From positions 128,001-192,000 of the forward strand of contig CAWGVG010000015.1 in assembly GCA_963825865.1 (NCBI GenBank): a DNA stretch of 64,000 nt, in the 5' to 3' direction. The stretch comes from an uncultured Nitrososphaeraceae archaeon. GTDB taxonomy: Archaea; Thermoproteota; Nitrososphaeria; Nitrososphaerales; Nitrososphaeraceae. Positions 59,921-64,000 of the stretch are shown in pieces (the stretch's first letter is position 1; each line of letters opens with the position of its first letter). Under the pieces are notes generated by a model. The model had not been told where the DNA came from, did not search any database, and was given only the letters and a program-made list of their open reading frames with translations. The position numbers and the translations under genes are program-made.

Positions 59921-60794
59921 TACCTGAATATCCCTTGTATTTTCCCCTGCCGATAACGGCCTTTGCAACCGTATCAAGCCCAAGGCTTCTGTATTTATTT
60001 TTGAAAATTCCAACTTTTACCATGGGCTTCTCGTATAGTTTTAAGGCATCGATGTGTTGATGTTTGTAGTGGTTGTCTCCTCTTCCGTTCCCTGCAATAT
60101 AAGGAACTCCAAGTTTGTTAAAACCTACAATGCTGGAAATACCGTGCGCTTTCAGTCTTTTATCCAGCATAACCAGATCTGAATTCTTGCCTTCAATTTG
60201 TTTTGTTTGGCTGTTGTAAAACTCAAATCCTTTGGAGTACCAGCCAAACGAGTAATGGTATTTGCAAAGGCAGTTTACTATCTCAACCAATAGGGCATAC
60301 TCCGCTTTTTTATCACTACCGAACGTTCTGTTATAGTCCTCTATGAGAAATGCCTTTTTCAGTCCATTCGAATCGACAAAACTGGCAGCTTCAATAATAA
60401 CAAATGAAGCTGGAGTTGAAGAGTTTGCTGTGGCTGTTGTTGTTCTCCATTCAAAGTCGAAGCAAACAAATTTACAAGGTAAAGGTGGCTGATCCTGCTC
60501 CTGATGCTTGTGTCGCTGCCCAATGCTAGGCTCTTTTTCCGCTTTTATTCCGCCTAACATAGAAGATTCCTCAGTAGAAATGTATCTGCCATGTTGCAAG
60601 TGTTGCGGATGTTGCAGATGTTGTAGAGATAAGAGGGGGTGGCGTTGTGTGTTTCGATGATTCTTTTTTGTTATTTCCCAAAGGGGTGGGTCTAAATTCC
60701 ATAAAATCACTAAATTATAATGTTCCGTTATCTTCTGTAGATCATCCAATACGTTTTTTAGAGTATTTTTCTCACTTGTTTCTTCTGTATACAA
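59921..60794 (-). pseudogene. PolB-type 3'-5' exonuclease domain, truncated by the transposase remnant
   Basis: Exo I FVCFDFEW, FGWYS..SDLVML (Exo II-like), HIDALKLY, YRSLGLDTVAKAVIGRGK (cf. SYTLD.VA..LLG..K). Confidence 0.7.
60592..60627. repeat. Four 9-bp tandem repeats (TGTTGCAAG TGTTGCGGA TGTTGCAGA TGTTGTAGA), iteron-like
   Basis: Seen directly; encodes LQHLQHPQHLQH in the PolB-exonuclease ORF. Confidence 0.7.
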
Positions 60795-60807
60795 AGAATC
60801 ACGACAA

Positions 60808-61218
60808 ATGCTTATTGAGACAATCGAGGGGTTAGATGATGAAACACAAAAAATAATTCTGCTGCAATTAAAACTCGATATCGAATCAGTATATCATGGA
60901 CACCATGTTTTAACCAAAGGATGGGAGAAAATGCGCTATAATAACATACAAAATTATGAAAAGGTTACAGTACGAGGTGAGTGCGAAGTATGTGAAGCGG
61001 AATATCCCTTTCAGATGAACACAATAGAGTTCCTAAAGTTACCATATCTATATGTGTATTTTGAAAAACATAGTAAACAAGTACTCAATGAGATTCAGAA
61101 ATTAGATTGCTTAAGTTGTAAAGAACGAGGTAGCGTACGTATAACGCCTAGATGGCATATATTTGAAGACGGTCATTACGAAATCTCTTCAGAAGATTTA
61201 AAAGATTACGGAGTATAA
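60808..61218 (+). CDS. Hypothetical protein with two CxxC pairs (probably 5'-truncated)
   Basis: CEVC and CLSC. Confidence 0.5.
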   Translation: MLIETIEGLDDETQKIILLQLKLDIESVYHGHHVLTKGWEKMRYNNIQNYEKVTVRGECEVCEAEYPFQMNTIEFLKLPYLYVYFEKHSKQVLNEIQKLDCLSCKERGSVRITPRWHIFEDGHYEISSEDLKDYGV

Positions 61219-61291
61219 AAACTAACAATAATCTAATACTCATTTCTGGGCTGAAATTAATTCTATCCAGATATAGAGAACACCATAATAA

Positions 61292-62645
61292 TTATGAATT
61301 CTTATTTTTCAATTCCTGTACTTCTGCCATAAGTTTCATAACCTGATCTGATAGTGTAGATAATGCATCATCTTTATCTTGCTTTTCATCTACTGTCTCA
61401 TTATAAGCATCATATGTTAGAACCATCCTGCATTTAGCACAGAATTTTGCATTAGCTTTGTTTGGTTCATTGCAATTTGGACATTGCTTTGGTTTTAATA
61501 CATCCGCTAATCCTTGATCCTTTGGAGCTATTCCGTAGGCTTCAAGTATACTTTCAGTCGATTCATTGCCAAAATAATGAAGATATTTTAAGTGCATCTG
61601 TGATCTACCAGACCATCCAGCGTATTGCCGTAAAACATGTTCTTTCAGGATAGTTGACTTCTCGGTAAGAGCCGAATGGCGTCGAATGTATGGGTTCCAG
61701 GGTTTCTTTAACAGTTCTATTATTTTTTGCCTGTCTTCAGGAGGAACATCTTTACTTTCTTTTGATGCTATCTTTGAAAATAGTCCTGTTTTATAGCTTT
61801 CATATAATTTGGTTATCGTTGCTGGCTTAAGACGCCTTGCTAGACTCTTGTTATAGCCACAAATTAATGGTACATTAGGATTTCCTAGTTGGGGATGTTC
61901 ATCTAGCCAGTCTTTCACGTAAGGGATGGAATTGATTAGAGGTATGTGTCTGCTGCCAGTCTTGCCATTAACAAGAACCTCAGCATATTGGCGGTTTTCC
62001 ACAGCAGTTTTGAATACTATATCTTTTATCTTTAGCTTCAATATCTCATGAGGTCTACAGCCTGTATCTCGTGAGATCATATGGTAACACTTGTCGCGTC
62101 TACTTGGACAGTACCTTTAAAAACAAAAGGTCATCTTCTATGGTCCATAAATCTGTAGGTTTGTAAATTGATTGCTCTTTTCTTTTAAGTTGTGGAATGT
62201 TCTCTATGTTCTGCGGCTTTTGTCTTTTTGCTGATTCCAGATCAGGATAATAAAGCCATTTGAAAAACCTAATAATGAAGGCCCTGTATAAATTGTAACT
62301 TCCTATCCATTTATGCAATGGATCAATTCTTTCTGGTTTACGAGTCCTATCAAGGTATGATAAAATATCTTCCCTAGTCATTTCTTTAAATGATTTTTTG
62401 TTACTGTGAAATTGCGATAGCAGGGTTAAGGCCATAATATTATTTTTTATATGATTAGCTGTAAGATTGATCTCTGTCTTCATAGACAATATGAAATCTA
62501 TTATTGCCATAGCATTTTCTCTAGGTATCTTATACAAACGGTCAGCATAGTTACGTTCTAGCCCTTCGGTGATAAGACTTACCTTTCTTTCTAATAATGA
62601 GTCGATATGAATATCGGTTATGGTATTACTAGTACTAGTTTGCAA
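61292..62645 (-). CDS. Tyrosine recombinase/integrase with C-terminal Zn ribbon (one frameshift near 62100)
   Basis: DTGCRPHE (R), GKTG (K), YIRRHSALT, AGWS, KYLH (Y), CPNC..FCAKC. Confidence 0.92.
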
Positions 62646-62693
62646 TGGATTTGATACTTTATCGGTGTTAATAAATAGGTATTCTATTCCAAA

Positions 62694-63185
62694 CTATATG
62701 TTAATAAATTCGATTATTCTTGTTTGAGTGTCAAATATTGCCATAGTTGCATTATATCCAAAGAACCAACCTTTTGCTGTTCCTGGGTTAAGAACTAACG
62801 TTTTACCAACTGTTGTATTTTGTATCTTATGTGTATGCCCATAAACGACAACATCATATTTTTGCGATCGGATTAACGAATTCTTCCATTCTGATTGAGT
62901 TCCATGATAAATTGCAAACTTTAGGTCTTCTTTGTCAAGTTCACAGAGCTCACCTCTAAGATCACCCTCTATGTCATTGAATGCATCTGCTAAACCAGAT
63001 TTATCAACATCATTATTTCCTAAAACGCCAATTAGTTTTACTCCCTTAAAAGCCCTTACTGCTTCTGGGTTAACATAGTCACCAGCATGCATTACAAAAC
63101 TCACTTTTCTATCATTGAATAACTGGACAGATTTCTCGATATTTTCAATATAATCATGCGTATCTGATATTACGCCAATTTTCAT
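62694..63185 (-). CDS. Metallophosphoesterase (YfcE/MJ0936 family)
   Basis: SDTH, HAGD, GNND, YHG, GHTH, NPG. Confidence 0.92.
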   Translation of the reverse strand: MKIGVISDTHDYIENIEKSVQLFNDRKVSFVMHAGDYVNPEAVRAFKGVKLIGVLGNNDVDKSGLADAFNDIEGDLRGELCELDKEDLKFAIYHGTQSEWKNSLIRSQKYDVVVYGHTHKIQNTTVGKTLVLNPGTAKGWFFGYNATMAIFDTQTRIIEFINI

Positions 63186-63598
63186 TGTAATGTACCATTG
63201 CTATTTTTACTAGGATTTAAAATAGATATGGATAGATATAGCCACATACTGTCAAATAGTCTTTTAAATAATAACGGTTCTATTGAACGATTGGATAATC
63301 TACGTATAAATACTTTCTGTTAAAGTGAATAATCTAAGATATTAAGTTCGTATGTATGCATCTGCGATTCATATTCATATGGCAAGAAGGGGAAGGACTT
63401 CACATTAGTAACAATTGATACAAACTTAACGATACGAGGAAAAAGAAAGTCTGCTATCAATAAAAGCAAAAGTAACTAATGGACCCGTAATACCGTAAAT
63501 TTTGTTTGCATAAATTAAATTTGTACTGATATAAAAAATAATTAACGGTCGATAAAAACATTAGATATTGAAAAATAAGGGTAGGGACTTTATAGAAT

Positions 63599-63904
63599 AT
63601 GACAGTTTGTACTATTCATAAAGATTTTTTTGATGATATGTGTGCGGAATGTAAGGAGGAATATGCTGAATTAAAGGGTCTAAATAAGTTGTATTTGGAT
63701 ACTTATAACAAAAATAAGATTCAAAAAAATCGAGAAAAAAAATATAAAGAATTTTCTGAAGAACGTGCTAAACAGTTGTATGGAGATTTGATATTGCAAT
63801 TTCTTAAGAGTAATTACAACGAAATCGAAGCCACAGAAAAATCAAGATCTATTATTAGGAAACAGTGCAATTTGCGTAATATGCCATATTGGTCTTGGAT
63901 TTAA
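63599..63904 (+). CDS. Hypothetical protein
   Basis: 101-aa ORF with an N-terminal C..H......C..C. Confidence 0.55.
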   Translation: MTVCTIHKDFFDDMCAECKEEYAELKGLNKLYLDTYNKNKIQKNREKKYKEFSEERAKQLYGDLILQFLKSNYNEIEATEKSRSIIRKQCNLRNMPYWSWI

Positions 63905-64000
63905 TCGTGATCTACTTATACTTTATATCTTCTCTAATACTGCTTGTATCATTATTGAAGAAATAGACAAGCAACTGCGAAGATACTAACTATCACCTAA

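Overview
AT-rich archaeal DNA, most likely from a soil ammonia-oxidising archaeon of the Nitrososphaeraceae (inferred from TFB paralogues, Zn-ribbon tyrosine integrase, CBS/USP genes and PKD/NHL/YVTN surface proteins). Single-base indels break most long genes, including MntH and TFB, which suggests uncorrected long-read error, so many gene models here were stitched across frames by eye. The window is an accessory region. Bases 1-17 kb hold the end of a family-B DNA polymerase plus an SSB-like gene, four paralogous secreted PKD-stalk proteins with exchangeable tips (three NHL propellers, one TPR array), a secreted protein ending in a bacterial-type M15-like peptidoglycan-peptidase domain, and an EACC1-like gene followed by a caspase that appears fused through one TM helix to extracellular PKD/Ig domains. 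Three of the stalk genes and the caspase module lie between two inverted ~290-bp arrays of 9-bp-periodic CTCCAC motifs. Bases 17-33 kb contain integrase/IS remnants, a GMC oxidoreductase operon and many gene fragments. Bases 33-51 kb encode small secreted peptides, CBS, adenylate cyclase, USP, MntH and TFB. Bases 51-64 kb contain IS630, an intact IS5-family element, a YVTN propeller protein, a membrane Ig protein, a truncated PolB exonuclease, a tyrosine integrase and a metallophosphoesterase. No rRNA, tRNA or CRISPR array was recognised. The best candidate for a novel system is the EACC1 + membrane-anchored caspase embedded in the variable PKD-stalk surface-protein array, next to an archaeal peptidoglycan-hydrolase-like gene.
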